The notes under the pieces: model-generated
Databases searched by the model: none
What the model was told of the DNA's origin: nothing
What the model saw: only the letters and a program-made list of their open reading frames with translations
Translations under genes and position numbers: made by a program
Part shown: positions 19,732-30,407 of the stretch, one piece after another
How the letters are laid out: every line of letters begins with the position of its first letter
Numbering within the stretch: position 1 is the stretch's first letter
Source of the DNA: Thermaurantimonas sp.
Lineage (GTDB): Bacteria > Bacteroidota > Bacteroidia > Flavobacteriales > Schleiferiaceae
Direction: 5' to 3'
NCBI RefSeq assembly: GCF_046299575.1
Contig: NZ_JBKBHX010000006.1
Location: 105,565-169,564 of the forward strand
DNA: 64,000 bases

Positions 19732-20093
19732 TCGTATGCTATGCGCAATAAGCCCGAATTGATTTCTTTAACGACGTAAGTCTTAATATATCTGCCTTTA
19801 AATTCTTTGCGGAGGTAATAATCAATCATAAACCAAACGTCGCTGGTTATTTTTTCACTGATAATAAGCAGGTAAATTTCCCGGCTTATATCGAGATCTT
19901 CAGGGTCGATACAAAAGACTCGTATTTCGGCTTCAAAGTCGAAAGGAAGAATGATTCTCCTGATGCGTTCAAAATCATCTTCAAAGAAGCAGGGGAAAGG
20001 AGCCAATGTGACATTTTTTAAAGGCTCCGCCACGTCAGTCCCATTAATGTGTCTGACATGGCTGCGCAGAGATTGAGCAATATTTTTGCTCAT
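19713..20093 (-). CDS. Hypothetical protein (first gene of the polysaccharide operon)
   Basis: 126-aa ORF, same strand, overlapping the next gene by 19 nt. I recognise no motif. Confidence 0.4.
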   Translation of the reverse strand: MSKNIAQSLRSHVRHINGTDVAEPLKNVTLAPFPCFFEDDFERIRRIILPFDFEAEIRVFCIDPEDLDISREIYLLIISEKITSDVWFMIDYYLRKEFKGRYIKTYVVKEINSGLLRIAYDCSVRI

Positions 20094-20380
20094 CTAATTG
20101 CACAACAAAGCTACTCAAACGACTATGAATTGCAAATTAAATTGCAAAGAAATTAGCAAACTGCCATATTTTAATTGCATAATACCCATTTTTTTGAGTA
20201 AAACCAGTTAATTGAGTAGTTTTATTACTCCAAAAGGATGTTAAGGGAATATAAAGTGATGTGAAAATTTTATGGGAAAAACCACTTACCCCCGACACCT
20301 ATCGACGAAAGCTCATGGGAGCTTTGTAGACAATTAAGGTTCTCTACATCTGTTGGACTTAAAGAGAAAGGAAATTTTAA

Positions 20381-20408
20381 TTCTGCAGATTTCGCAGAAA
20401 AACGCAGG
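20381..20408. repeat. Copy 1 of a roughly 27-nt imperfect inverted repeat (TTCTGCAGATTTCGCAGAAAAACGCAGG)
   Basis: The reverse complement of 20498..20526 reads TTCTGCGGATTTCAGAAAAATCTGCTGGA. The two align over most positions. Confidence 0.6.
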
Positions 20409-20497
20409 TAAAGAAATTTTAGCTTTTAATAAAAGTTTAATTGTAAGTACTTAAAGTTAGTTTTTAAAGCCTTAAGCATTAACTATAAGACAATTTT

Positions 20498-20526
20498 TCC
20501 AGCAGATTTTTCTGAAATCCGCAGAA
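20498..20526. repeat. Copy 2 (inverted) of the 20381..20408 repeat
   Basis: See copy 1. Both lie in the 479-nt non-coding gap between the icmF-like stop and the head of the polysaccharide operon. Confidence 0.6.
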
Positions 20527-20572
20527 AATGTTTGAGTTAAAGTTTAATTTTTTAATCCTTTAACCCACCAAA

Positions 20573-23500
20573 TTACATATTCCTCCTGTATTGACCGCCC
20601 ACCTGGAAGAGAGCCTCTGTCATCTGGCCGAGTGAACAGTATTTACTGGCTTCCATCAAAACTTTGAAGACGTTTTTGTTCTGAATTGCCGCTTCCTGGA
20701 TGGCGCGCAGCATCTGCCGTGACTTTTCAGGGTTAAAAGCGTGGAGTCTGTTCACCGTTTCAATTTGGGCTTGTTTCTCCTCTTCAGTGGCACGAATTAC
20801 CTCAGCAGGGATGATTGTAGGAGAGCCTTTTGAACTTAAAAAAGTATTCACACCTATGATAGGCAGTTCGCCTGTATGCTTGAGGGTCTCGTAGTAGAGG
20901 GATTCTTCCTGAATCTTGGACCGTTGATACATGGTCTCCATTGCCCCAAGAACGCCACCGCGCTCGGTGATGCGGTCAAATTCCATCATCACTGCTTCCT
21001 CTACGAGGTCGGTCAATTCTTCAATGATGAAGCTGCCCTGGAGGGGGTTTTCGTTTTTGGCGAGACCGAGCTCTTTGTTGATGATCAATTGAATAGCCAC
21101 AGCACGTCGAACCGATTCTTCAGTAGGAGTGGTTATTGCTTCATCATAGGCATTGGTATGCAGGGAGTTGCAGTTGTCGTAAATAGCATATAGCGCTTGT
21201 AAGGTGGTGCGTATGTCGTTGAAGTCGATTTCTTGTGCGTGGAGCGAGCGGCCGGAGGTCTGGATGTGATATTTGAGCATCTGAGCACGCGGATTGGCTC
21301 CGTATTTATATTTCATGGCCTTAGCCCAAATGCGACGGGCTGCACGGCCTATTACGGCATACTCTGGGTCGATTCCGTTAGAGAAGAAGAAGCTGAGGTT
21401 TGGGCCAAAGTCGTTGATGTCCATTCCTCTGCTGAGGTAGTACTCTACATAAGTAAATCCATTGGCCAGTGTAAAAGCAAGCTGGGTAATTGGATTGGCA
21501 CCAGCCTCGGCAATGTGGTAGCCCGAAATGGATACCGAATAAAAGTTGCGTACCTTATGGTCGATAAAATATTGCTGAACATCACCCATAAGGCGCAGGG
21601 CAAATTCGGTGGAGAAGATGCAAGTATTTTGCGCTTGGTCTTCTTTTAAAATGTCAGCCTGCACCGTGCCGCGCACGGTACTAAGGGTCTGAGCCTTGAT
21701 CCGTTCGTACGTTTCGCGATCTAGAATTTGATCACCTGTAACTCCCAGAAGCAAAAGGCCTAAGCCATCATTGCCCTCGGGCAGAGGTGCATTGTAACGA
21801 GGCCTAGGAAGGTTGCGATCGTCATAAAGCTCTTTCAGCCTGGCCTCTACAAGATGCTCCAAACCATTTTGGCGGATGTAAAGCTCACATTGCTGGTCGA
21901 TAGCCGTATTCATGAAGAAGGCCAGGATCATCGGCGCCGGCCCGTTAATGGTCATCGATACAGATGTAGTGGGATCGGCAAGATTAAAGCCTGAGTAAAG
22001 TTTTTTGGCATCGTCGAGACAACAGACCGATACGCCAGAGTTTCCGATTTTTCCATAAATATCTGGTCTAAGGTCTGGATTTCGTCCGTACAAGGTTACG
22101 GAGTCGAAAGCAGTCGACAGACGTGCTGCTGGCATTCCTAAACTGAGATAGTGAAATCTCTTGTTGGTGCGCTCCGGAGCTCCTTCGCCGGCAAACATAC
22201 GGGTGGGATCTTCTCCAGTGCGCTTAAAAGGATAGATACCTGCAGTGTATGGAAATTCGCCCGGAAAGTTTTCCTGAAGCTGCCAACGCAGCAGGTCGCC
22301 CCATGCCCGGTAACGCGGGGTTGCGATTTTCGGAATCTTGAGGTGAGAAAGCGATTCGGTATAGGTCTTTACGCGTACTTCCTTATCGCGCACTTTGAAG
22401 ATGTACTCTTCATTGTGGTACTGTTGGGCTTTTTCGTCAAATTTTTCGATCAACTGCCAGTTGTGCGGATCGAGGTCGAGTTTTACGTTTTCAAATTCTT
22501 CGCGCAACTTTTTGATGAGTCGATCCTTGTCTTCAATATCGGTGGATGAAAGGTGTTCAATGGTTTGATGAAGATTATACAGCTTTTGGGCAATTTCGGC
22601 CTGACGATTTACCCACTGATCGTATTTGCGGTTGTTTTCGGTGATTTCAGAAAGGTAACGCGTGCGATGTGGGGGAATGATATACACCTTTTCCGACATC
22701 TCATCGGTGGCGTGGAAGTTTGACCGGAGATCAGCACCGGTTTTTTCCACAATTTTGTCTATCACAGCCTTATACAGGCGATTCATTCCAGGATCGTTAA
22801 ACTGGCTTGCGATAGTGCCAAATACGGGCATTTCATCGGCAGGGCGATCCCAGAGCTGATGGTTGCGCTGATACTGCTTCTTTACATCGCGCAAAGCATC
22901 GAGGGCGCCACGTTTATCAAACTTATTTAGGGCAATCAGGTCAGCAAAGTCGAGCATGTCGATTTTTTCGAGCTGAGTGGCTGCCCCGTATTCAGGTGTC
23001 ATTACATAAAGTGATACATCGCTGTAATCGAGTATCTCGGTATCACTTTGACCGATGCCTGAAGTTTCTAAAATGATCAGGTCGTAACCGGCAGCTTTCA
23101 GTACGGCAATGGCATCGCCTACATACTTGCTCAGGGCCAGATTGCTTTGGCGAGTAGCCAGCGAACGCATGTACACACGCGGATTGTTAATGGCATTCAT
23201 ACGAATGCGGTCGCCGAGTAAAGCTCCACCGGTTTTGCGCTTTGACGGGTCAACGGAGATAATGCCTATGGTTTTTTCGGGAAAATCGAGCAAATAACGA
23301 CGAACCAACTCATCGACTAATGAGCTTTTACCTGCACCACCGGTACCGGTGATTCCCAATACTGGAGTTTTTGACTTTTCGGCCAGTTGTTTTACAGCCT
23401 CCAACTCAGCACGACTTTCTTCAGGAAAGTTTTCGGCTGCTGAAATCAATCGGGCAATGGCACCCCAGTTTTCGGGAGCAGTTCCGAGTTTTTTGACTTG

Positions 23501-23962
23501 TCCATTCAACGGATAACCCACAGGAAAGTCAGCCTTCATCACCACATCATTGATCATGCCTTGCAGGCCCATTGCACGGCCATCGTCAGGATGATAAATG
23601 CGTGTGATGCCGTATTGATGAAGCTCCTCAATTTCCGTAGGCAATATGGTACCACCCCCTCCTCCAAAAATCTTGATATGTCCAGCGCCTTTTTGTTTTA
23701 GCAAGTCGTACATGTACTTAAAAAATTCCATATGCCCACCTTGATAAGAGGTGATGGCTATGGCTTGTGCATCTTCCTGAATGGCACAATTTACGATTTC
23801 CTCTACTGACCGGTCGTGCCCAAGGTGAATCACTTCGCAACCGGTGGCCTGCATGATACGGCGCATGATGTTGATTGCAGCATCGTGACCATCAAAAAGC
23901 GATGCAGCTGTAACTATACGAACTTTGTTTTTGGGAATATAGGGGGTAGTGGTCATTGACAT
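20573..23962 (-). CDS. icmF: Fused isobutyryl-CoA mutase (IcmF-type: B12-binding domain + MeaB-like G-protein + mutase substrate domain)
   Basis: 1129 aa. The N-terminus has the [11 protein letters not shown]12-binding DxHxxG motif, the middle has [17 protein letters not shown] (P-loop) and NKFD, and the C-terminus has the methylmalonyl-CoA mutase-like TIM barrel ([17 protein letters not shown]...). Confidence 0.9.
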   Translation of the reverse strand: MSMTTTPYIPKNKVRIVTAASLFDGHDAAINIMRRIMQATGCEVIHLGHDRSVEEIVNCAIQEDAQAIAITSYQGGHMEFFKYMYDLLKQKGAGHIKIFGGGGGTILPTEIEELHQYGITRIYHPDDGRAMGLQGMINDVVMKADFPVGYPLNGQVKKLGTAPENWGAIARLISAAENFPEESRAELEAVKQLAEKSKTPVLGITGTGGAGKSSLVDELVRRYLLDFPEKTIGIISVDPSKRKTGGALLGDRIRMNAINNPRVYMRSLATRQSNLALSKYVGDAIAVLKAAGYDLIILETSGIGQSDTEILDYSDVSLYVMTPEYGAATQLEKIDMLDFADLIALNKFDKRGALDALRDVKKQYQRNHQLWDRPADEMPVFGTIASQFNDPGMNRLYKAVIDKIVEKTGADLRSNFHATDEMSEKVYIIPPHRTRYLSEITENNRKYDQWVNRQAEIAQKLYNLHQTIEHLSSTDIEDKDRLIKKLREEFENVKLDLDPHNWQLIEKFDEKAQQYHNEEYIFKVRDKEVRVKTYTESLSHLKIPKIATPRYRAWGDLLRWQLQENFPGEFPYTAGIYPFKRTGEDPTRMFAGEGAPERTNKRFHYLSLGMPAARLSTAFDSVTLYGRNPDLRPDIYGKIGNSGVSVCCLDDAKKLYSGFNLADPTTSVSMTINGPAPMILAFFMNTAIDQQCELYIRQNGLEHLVEARLKELYDDRNLPRPRYNAPLPEGNDGLGLLLLGVTGDQILDRETYERIKAQTLSTVRGTVQADILKEDQAQNTCIFSTEFALRLMGDVQQYFIDHKVRNFYSVSISGYHIAEAGANPITQLAFTLANGFTYVEYYLSRGMDINDFGPNLSFFFSNGIDPEYAVIGRAARRIWAKAMKYKYGANPRAQMLKYHIQTSGRSLHAQEIDFNDIRTTLQALYAIYDNCNSLHTNAYDEAITTPTEESVRRAVAIQLIINKELGLAKNENPLQGSFIIEELTDLVEEAVMMEFDRITERGGVLGAMETMYQRSKIQEESLYYETLKHTGELPIIGVNTFLSSKGSPTIIPAEVIRATEEEKQAQIETVNRLHAFNPEKSRQMLRAIQEAAIQNKNVFKVLMEASKYCSLGQMTEALFQVGGQYRRNM

Positions 23963-24133
23963 ATGTATAATTAGTTATGGACTGCAAATGTACTTGCCAA
24001 GAAAGGTATGTGCTACTGTTGTGAGTTCTCCAAAGCTATTCCAGTGTGAAGGGTTTAAAATCAATTTGTGTTTTTTTCTATTAAAATGTATTTTTAATAG
24101 TTTTATACTATTTTTGCAAAAAAATTCAAAACC

Positions 24134-25066
24134 ATGACTATAACTCAACTGGAATACGCTATTGCTGTGGACGATCATAGGCACTTCGGCAAAGCCGCTG
24201 AAGCTTGTAATGTAACACAGCCCACGCTGAGCATGCAATTGCAAAAGCTAGAGGAAGACCTTGGCGTGGTGCTTTTTGACCGTTCCAAAAAACCCATTAT
24301 ACCCACTGAAATCGGCAAACTTGTACTGGCGCAAGCGCGAAATGTGCTGCGCGAAGCGCATAAAATCCAAGACATCATAGCCGATGCTCGAAATCAGCAC
24401 GAAGGGGAATTTCGCTTGGGCATAATTCCAACCTTAGCTCCCTATCTGCTTCACCGTTTTATCGGCTCTTTTCGCAAAGCTTTCCCTCAAGTAACTTTGA
24501 TTGTAGAAGAGTTGCAGACCGACACTATTGTTGAGAAACTCAATCGCGACCACCTCGACGCAGCTATATTGGCCACTCCGCTTGACCTGCCAAACATCAC
24601 CGAAATACCGCTCTTTTACGAACCCTTTATGGCGTACATCTCGCCTTCTGATCCTCTCTGGAAAGAGGATTTTATCGTTTCAAGCGAGTTAAACAATACT
24701 AATCTATTACTTTTAAGCGAAGGACATTGTTTCAGAAACAGCGTTTTGAGAATTTGCAATGAATCAGAGGCTTTGACGCAAAATCGCCTGATGGTAGAAA
24801 TCGGAAACTTCGAAACCATCGTGCGCCTGGTAGATGAAGGCATGGGAAATACCCTGATACCTTATTTGATGGCTATTGAAATGAAAGGCGATGCGCAAAA
24901 AAACATCAAACTGATAGCTGAACCACGACCTGTTCGCGAGATTAGTTTGATTTATTCACGTAATCAACTGAAAAACAAAATGATTCAGAAACTGGAGGAA
25001 ATCGTCAAATCGTCTATACCGAAAAAATTGCTACAAAAAACTGGAACCATTATTCCCCCGAAATAA
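24134..25066 (+). CDS. oxyR: LysR-family regulator, OxyR-like
   Basis: N-terminal LysR HTH (MTITQLEYAIAVDDHRHFGKAAEACNVTQPTLSMQLQKLE). LLLSEGHCFRNSVLRIC carries two Cys 9 residues apart, as in the OxyR redox pair (C199/C208 of E. coli). Confidence 0.8.
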   Translation: MTITQLEYAIAVDDHRHFGKAAEACNVTQPTLSMQLQKLEEDLGVVLFDRSKKPIIPTEIGKLVLAQARNVLREAHKIQDIIADARNQHEGEFRLGIIPTLAPYLLHRFIGSFRKAFPQVTLIVEELQTDTIVEKLNRDHLDAAILATPLDLPNITEIPLFYEPFMAYISPSDPLWKEDFIVSSELNNTNLLLLSEGHCFRNSVLRICNESEALTQNRLMVEIGNFETIVRLVDEGMGNTLIPYLMAIEMKGDAQKNIKLIAEPRPVREISLIYSRNQLKNKMIQKLEEIVKSSIPKKLLQKTGTIIPPK

Positions 25067-25116
25067 AATGTATAAAGGTCAATATACATTTGTCTGAGCG
25101 ATTTCTCCTCTTATTT

Positions 25117-25647
25117 ATGGAACATACGGAACTCATTATCGAACTTCTCAAATACGTTTTGCCATCAGCATTTATGCTGATTCTCACATATATGCTTCTC
25201 TCAAATTTTATGGAAAACGAAGAGAAGCGAAGGCGTTACTCCTTGCACAAGGAGAACGCCAAAATTGCTTTACCCCTGCGCTTCCAGGCGTATGAACGAC
25301 TTGCCCTTTTCCTGGAACGTATCTCGCCCAATCAATTAGTAACGCGCATACCGAGTAAAAACCTCACAGCCCGTCAATATCGACAGTTACTCATTAAATC
25401 TATCCAGACTGAATATGAATTCAACCTCAGCCAGCAGATGTATATAAGCGAGCAGGCATGGCAATATGTGGTGACGGCAAAATCAGCTATGGTGGGGATC
25501 ATCAACAAACTGGCGGCTGAAACGCCCGAAGATACCGATGCTCTCGAATTTAGTAAGAAAATCATCAGCCACTTTATGGAAATGGAAGGGTTGCCAACCA
25601 AAAAAGCTATTGCTTATCTGAAACAAGAGATGCAACAGGAATTTTAA
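25117..25647 (+). CDS. Hypothetical membrane-anchored protein
   Basis: The track ORF begins at a TTG (25090). The first ATG (MEHTELIIELLKYVLPSAFMLILTYMLL) gives one N-terminal transmembrane helix. No motif recognised. Confidence 0.5.
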   Translation: MEHTELIIELLKYVLPSAFMLILTYMLLSNFMENEEKRRRYSLHKENAKIALPLRFQAYERLALFLERISPNQLVTRIPSKNLTARQYRQLLIKSIQTEYEFNLSQQMYISEQAWQYVVTAKSAMVGIINKLAAETPEDTDALEFSKKIISHFMEMEGLPTKKAIAYLKQEMQQEF

Positions 25648-25652
25648 CCGCT

Positions 25653-26183
25653 ATGACGCTGAAGCCCGGAGATGAAGTCAGCTTTTTAGACGAAACCGGC
25701 ACTGCAACCGTTGTGAGCATCACCGGGCATACGGCCATCGTGCTTACAGACGAAGGATTTGAAATTGAGTACCCAATCAGCAAACTTGTAGCACGCCCAA
25801 AATTATTAGCTAAAGACATCCTCAATGCACCAGTTACACAAAAAGACGCTGCTATACGCACCACTGGTAGCAAACAGCCTCCCAAATCGGATGTATTAGA
25901 GGTGGATTTGCATTTGCACGAAATTGCTGAACATTACAGAGGTTTCACTCGTCATGACATGGTGACGTATCAACTAAATCACGCCCGAAATCAGTTCTTT
26001 AAAGCGCGAAAAGCAGGCATTAAAAAAATCATATTTATTCATGGCGTTGGTGAAGGTGTGCTGAAACAAGAACTTCGGAAAATGCTCTCAGCCTTCGACG
26101 GAATCACAGTTTACGACGCTGACTACTCTAAATACGGACAAGGTGCAACTGCTGTAGAAATTTGGAAGCGAAGCGAAGACTGA
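25653..26183 (+). CDS. Smr domain-containing protein
   Basis: The C-terminal segment LEVDLHLHEI ... KKIIFIHGVGEGVLKQELRKML fits the Smr (MutS2 C-terminal-like) domain pattern. Confidence 0.7.
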   Translation: MTLKPGDEVSFLDETGTATVVSITGHTAIVLTDEGFEIEYPISKLVARPKLLAKDILNAPVTQKDAAIRTTGSKQPPKSDVLEVDLHLHEIAEHYRGFTRHDMVTYQLNHARNQFFKARKAGIKKIIFIHGVGEGVLKQELRKMLSAFDGITVYDADYSKYGQGATAVEIWKRSED

Positions 26184-26379
26184 AAGCTTGCAATACTTAC
26201 TTTTTTTCATAATCTGGAATGTATTGATGATTGTTGGCCCATTGTCAGAAACTTTGTCAGCCGATTGAAAATGTTCATTAAATTTTTTATTTTTTAATTT
26301 AAAAATGAAAGAATACAATCAAAAGCGAATCGATTATCTTTGTGAACGAAGGGTATAATTAATACAGTATTTCTTACAA

Positions 26380-28407
26380 ATGGAATTGAACATCTTCCGA
26401 GAGTTTGTAGTAGTTTTAGGGGTTTCCACCTTGCTTATTTTGCTTTTTCAGCGGATTAAAATGCCCTCCATCATTGGCTTTCTGGTCGCTGGAATGCTTA
26501 TGGGACCTACTGGCTTGCGGCTGATCAGCGATATTGAACAAATCGAAATTCTCTCGGAAATAGGCCTTGTACTGCTACTTTTTTTAATAGGCATTGAATT
26601 TAACCTCAAAACCTTATCAGCCATAAAATCTACTGTGTTTATCGGTGGCGGTCTTCAGGTGTTGCTTTCAGTGGTTTTAGGCGGGATTATATCTTATATT
26701 TACGGCTATAGTGCCAATGTATCCTTGTTGATAGGTTTTATGATATCGCTGAGCAGTACAGCAGTAGTCATAAAGCTTCTTCAGATTCACGGACGCATCA
26801 ACAATCCTGAAGGGCGAAATACCTTGGCAATTTTGATTTTTCAAGACCTGATCGCGGTACCTATGATGCTGCTGATACCCGTAATGGCAGGCAATGGTGG
26901 AGGAAATACCTGGCAACTTCTTGGCTTGCTTGTTTTGAAAACGCTGGTTGTGCTTATACTCGTGTATCTGGCAGCCAGATACATATTTCCGGCTATCATG
27001 TATCAAGTGGCCGCTACTAAAAGTCAGGAACTCTTCATCATCGTCATTCTACTCACCTGTTTTGCAATTGCCTGGCTTACCAATGAGGCCGGACTCTCAC
27101 TAGCGTTAGGTGCCTTTTTGGCCGGACTGGTCATTTCCGAAAGCGAATACAGCCATCAGGCAGTGGCTAATGTATTGCCATTTAGAGAGGTATTTATGAG
27201 CTTTTTCTTTATTTCAATCGGCCTTTTGGTCGATTTAAAATTTTTGTTTCAGAACCTCCACTGGATTGTCGTGCTGGCTTTAGCCGTTATGTTTATTAAA
27301 TTTATCACTGGCGCATCTGCCCTGATAATCAATGGTAAATCAACCCGACTCGCCATTATTACTGGCCTGGCGCTGGCACAAGTTGGAGAGTTCTCTTTTG
27401 TCCTGGCTAAAACAGCGATTGATCAGAAGCTTATTACAGCCGGAATGTATCAGTATTTCTTGGCTGTTTCGATTGTTACGATGATTATTGCTCCTTTTAT
27501 CATCGGTCGAATTGACACTATCTGTGATCTTTTGGGGCAAACGAATGTACCGGTTATCCTTTCTAAGTTTAACACCATCATCCGGCCAGGTCAGAACGAG
27601 GACATAGAAGGTGCTTCAGTTGATGCGCTGGAAGATCACCTCGTCATCATCGGCTATGGCATCAATGGCAAAAACGTAAGCCGCGCTGCCCGATACTCAG
27701 GAATTCCGCATGTAGTGATCGAAATGGATGGCCGGCTGGTGCGCGAAGCCAAAGAAGAAGGAGTACCGGTGTTGTTTGGCGATGCGATACATTCCGAAAT
27801 ACTTAACAGTGCCCATGTAGAAAAAGCACGTGTAGCCGTAATTGCCATCTCTGACCTGGCGGCTACCAAGCGCATCATCTCAGCCATTCGCCTTTTAAGT
27901 CAATCCATTTATCTGATTGTGCGTACCCGCTATGTGCGCGAAATTGAAGAGCTCATTGCCCTCGGAGCCGATGAGGTCATACCTGAAGAGTTTGAGACAT
28001 CCATCGAAATCTTCAGCCGTGTGCTCCATAAGTACCTGGTACCGATGCATCAAATCTCCGACGTTATCACCCGCATCCGCAGTACGCATTATGAACTCTT
28101 TCGCCCAATCGAAGCGCGCAGCTCAAGCTCAGTTGACCTTAATATTCCAGACCTGTCGGTAGCAGCTGTTCAGGTGAGCAAACTTTCTGCCGGACTTTCA
28201 GGCAAAAAGGTCTCTGAAAGCAGACTTCGCCAAGATTACAACCTAAACCTCATTGCCATTCGTCGAGGTTCAGAATTCATTCAAGAAATCAAACCTGATG
28301 AAAAGATTCAAAAAGACGATGTGCTCTATGTGGTAGGCACCTACGACAACATTGCTGCCCTCTACCGCCGTGTGAGCGATACCGGCCCCTGGGGCGTAGA
28401 TGAATAG
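26380..28407 (+). CDS. Monovalent cation:proton antiporter (CPA2/Kef-type) with C-terminal RCK (TrkA-N/TrkA-C) domains
   Basis: 675 aa. About 12 transmembrane segments, then HLVIIGYGINGKNV (Rossmann GxGxxG) and a TrkA-C-like tail. Confidence 0.9.
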   Translation: MELNIFREFVVVLGVSTLLILLFQRIKMPSIIGFLVAGMLMGPTGLRLISDIEQIEILSEIGLVLLLFLIGIEFNLKTLSAIKSTVFIGGGLQVLLSVVLGGIISYIYGYSANVSLLIGFMISLSSTAVVIKLLQIHGRINNPEGRNTLAILIFQDLIAVPMMLLIPVMAGNGGGNTWQLLGLLVLKTLVVLILVYLAARYIFPAIMYQVAATKSQELFIIVILLTCFAIAWLTNEAGLSLALGAFLAGLVISESEYSHQAVANVLPFREVFMSFFFISIGLLVDLKFLFQNLHWIVVLALAVMFIKFITGASALIINGKSTRLAIITGLALAQVGEFSFVLAKTAIDQKLITAGMYQYFLAVSIVTMIIAPFIIGRIDTICDLLGQTNVPVILSKFNTIIRPGQNEDIEGASVDALEDHLVIIGYGINGKNVSRAARYSGIPHVVIEMDGRLVREAKEEGVPVLFGDAIHSEILNSAHVEKARVAVIAISDLAATKRIISAIRLLSQSIYLIVRTRYVREIEELIALGADEVIPEEFETSIEIFSRVLHKYLVPMHQISDVITRIRSTHYELFRPIEARSSSSVDLNIPDLSVAAVQVSKLSAGLSGKKVSESRLRQDYNLNLIAIRRGSEFIQEIKPDEKIQKDDVLYVVGTYDNIAALYRRVSDTGPWGVDE

Positions 28408-28459
28408 CCCCAGGGCAAAAAATACTCTACCTTTGCCTCTCTAATTCGTAAATTTTCTA

Positions 28460-28963
28460 ATGGCTACAACAAGCGCCGACTTTCTTAAAATCGTCCGTGA
28501 AAAGTCTATCTCGCTCAACGATCAGGAATACCTCGATACCATTAACTACCTTGTCGACGAACAGCCTGTCTTAGCCTCTCTGCTCTTCGACCTTGACGAT
28601 GAAATCTCCGAAGAGATGCAGGAGTACCTCTATCAGGTCGTTGTGATGCTTGTCAACGGCTTTAAAGAAACGGGCATTCACGTAAAACTCATTTCTGAAG
28701 AATCGGTCAAAAACATCATCGCTGAAAAAGACGACCTCTACAAATCGGCTGTAGATGACGAAAATCCGGTGTTTGAAAAAGAGAAAATGCTCGCCCTTAG
28801 CCATAATCCGGCTGTGCTCGAACTTCTGTACGACAATTATTTCGACCGTGTAACTGAAAATCCGGATGCTCACAATGTGTATGACCGGCTCAACCTGCTC
28901 TTTATGCTCGATGTACTGATCTCTGCCATCGAAGAAAACACCGATCTGCAGCAAGAAATATGA
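28460..28963 (+). CDS. Hypothetical acidic protein
   Basis: 167 aa. Its stop overlaps the start of the next gene (ATGA), which supports this strand over the antisense ORF 28571..28954. Confidence 0.5.
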   Translation: MATTSADFLKIVREKSISLNDQEYLDTINYLVDEQPVLASLLFDLDDEISEEMQEYLYQVVVMLVNGFKETGIHVKLISEESVKNIIAEKDDLYKSAVDDENPVFEKEKMLALSHNPAVLELLYDNYFDRVTENPDAHNVYDRLNLLFMLDVLISAIEENTDLQQEI

Positions 28964-29391
28964 ATCCCCTACCCGAACCGTCGGCTATAGTGCAACTAAT
29001 GATGGCAAATGATGCCTTCAGTCAGTGGCTTGGCATCACTGTGGAAGAGATCAGGCCGGGATACTGCAGCCTGAGTATGATCGTACGGCCGGAGATGACC
29101 AATGGATTCGGGATCACTCATGGAGGCATAGCAATCTCACTGGCCGACAGTGCGCTGGCTTTTGCAGCGAATGCTGCCGGCCGCATGGCCAAAACCGTAC
29201 AGCTCTCCTGCCAGTACATCAGGCCTGTTAATGCCCATGAGAGGCTTCAGGCTACTGCCATCGAAACGGAGCGCACACATCGCTTCAGCTACATCGAAGT
29301 GATCATTACACGTGGTTCTGAAAAAATTGCTGCCCTTCACGGCATGGCGTATCTGAGCGATAAAGAGTGGGTTATCCCACCCACTTCCTGA
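28960..29391 (+). CDS. Hotdog-fold thioesterase (PaaI/YigI-like)
   Basis: 143 aa. NGFGITHGGIAISLADSALAFAA is the PaaI-type HGG motif. Confidence 0.8.
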   Translation: MNPLPEPSAIVQLMMANDAFSQWLGITVEEIRPGYCSLSMIVRPEMTNGFGITHGGIAISLADSALAFAANAAGRMAKTVQLSCQYIRPVNAHERLQATAIETERTHRFSYIEVIITRGSEKIAALHGMAYLSDKEWVIPPTS

Positions 29392-30061
29392 GAAGTTCTA
29401 TAAAGGTCTTTCTATCAATTTCTTCGGCCCCGAGCGATCGGAGGTGAGCTGTGCTCATCTGGCAGTCAATGAGTTTTACAGCTCCAGAAGATACCCATTC
29501 CCTGCATGCGGATATCAGTGCAAATTTGGAAGCATTGGCCTCCAGGCTGAACATCGATTCACCGAAAAACACCTTTCCGAGCCAAACTCCGTAATATCCA
29601 CCGACCAGCCGACCTTCGTGCCAGGTTTCGTATGAATGGACGATGCCTATCCGATGAAGCTCGGTGTATGCCTCAATGATGTCCCGGCCGATCCACGTGC
29701 CACGCTGTCCGCGTCTTTTTATGCAGGCACAATGGGTAATCACCTGCTCAAAAGCCTGATTTTTTGTAAGGTGAAAATGTCCTCTGTTAAAGACTGTACG
29801 CATGCTGTGGCTTACATGTACTTTCTCCGGAAAAAGTACCATCCGCGGATCGGGCGACCACCACTCTATGGTCGTGCCCGGCTCATACCAGGGAAAGTAG
29901 CCATGACGATAGGCATCTATCAAATTCGGTAATGACAGATCACCGCCTATGAAGACAGGAAAATCTCCCGGATCATTCGATGAAGGATAGGGAAAAATGG
30001 ATGACAATTCCGAATTTTGACCCTGCATACAAATACTCTTGAACAATAGCAAAATAAACAT
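29372..30061 (-). CDS. aat: Leucyl/phenylalanyl-tRNA--protein transferase
   Basis: AYRHGYFPWY..., WWSPDPRMVLFPEKVHVSHSMR, GTWIGRDIIEAYTELHRIGIVHSYETW, GGYYGVWLGKVFFGESMFS. Confidence 0.85.
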   Translation of the reverse strand: MFILLLFKSICMQGQNSELSSIFPYPSSNDPGDFPVFIGGDLSLPNLIDAYRHGYFPWYEPGTTIEWWSPDPRMVLFPEKVHVSHSMRTVFNRGHFHLTKNQAFEQVITHCACIKRRGQRGTWIGRDIIEAYTELHRIGIVHSYETWHEGRLVGGYYGVWLGKVFFGESMFSLEANASKFALISACREWVSSGAVKLIDCQMSTAHLRSLGAEEIDRKTFIELLRKWVG

Positions 30062-30407
30062 CCGCCGAAGCGATTTTTACGAAATGGTGTGGGACGTGGT
30101 GCGGCTGATTCCGCCCGGCCGAGTGACTACGTACGGTCACATTGCAGAATACCTCGGCGCCAAAGGTGCAGCCCGCATGGTGGGCTATGCGATGAACGCT
30201 TCGCACATCCATCCCGATATCCCTGCCCATAGGGTAGTAAACCGCAAAGGCCTGCTTACCGGCAAACATCATTTCGGTCACCCTCAGCGAATGCAGAAGC
30301 TCCTCGAAGCCGAAGGCATCACCGTGCTCAACGATCAGGTACTACACTTTGAAAAGCACCTCTGGATACCTTCACGGGAGTTGGGGAGTGACGCATTTTT
30401 TTCTTAA
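30039..30407 (+). CDS. Alkyltransferase-like (ATL) protein: MGMT DNA-binding domain with Ala in place of the acceptor Cys
   Basis: IPPGRVTTYGHIAEYLG...GYAM...IPAHRVVNRKGLLTG. The canonical active site is PCHRV and here it is PAHRV. Confidence 0.75.
   Translation: MNNSKINIRRSDFYEMVWDVVRLIPPGRVTTYGHIAEYLGAKGAARMVGYAMNASHIHPDIPAHRVVNRKGLLTGKHHFGHPQRMQKLLEAEGITVLNDQVLHFEKHLWIPSRELGSDAFFS

Noticed and set aside
20100-20160. Bacteroidota -7 (TAnnTTTG) promoter upstream of the polysaccharide operon
   Set aside because: The nearest candidates (TAATTTGC, TTAATTTG on the minus strand) each miss the consensus by a position, so I do not report a promoter.
20300-20340. TCGACGAAAGCTCA segment as another member of the TTCG...CTCA hairpin family
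   Set aside because: The spacing differs (4 nt rather than 3 nt between half-motifs), and the flanking complementarity (GCTCATGGGAGC) is a different small hairpin. The similarity is too weak to claim.
20094-20572. Long non-coding gap as a CRISPR array or leader
   Set aside because: It holds only two related repeats, in inverted orientation and with irregular spacing. There are no cas genes.
28571-28954. 127-aa minus-strand ORF
   Set aside because: It is fully antisense to 28460..28963. That plus-strand ORF is translationally coupled (ATGA) to the downstream PaaI-like gene, and the plus-strand protein has a more natural composition.
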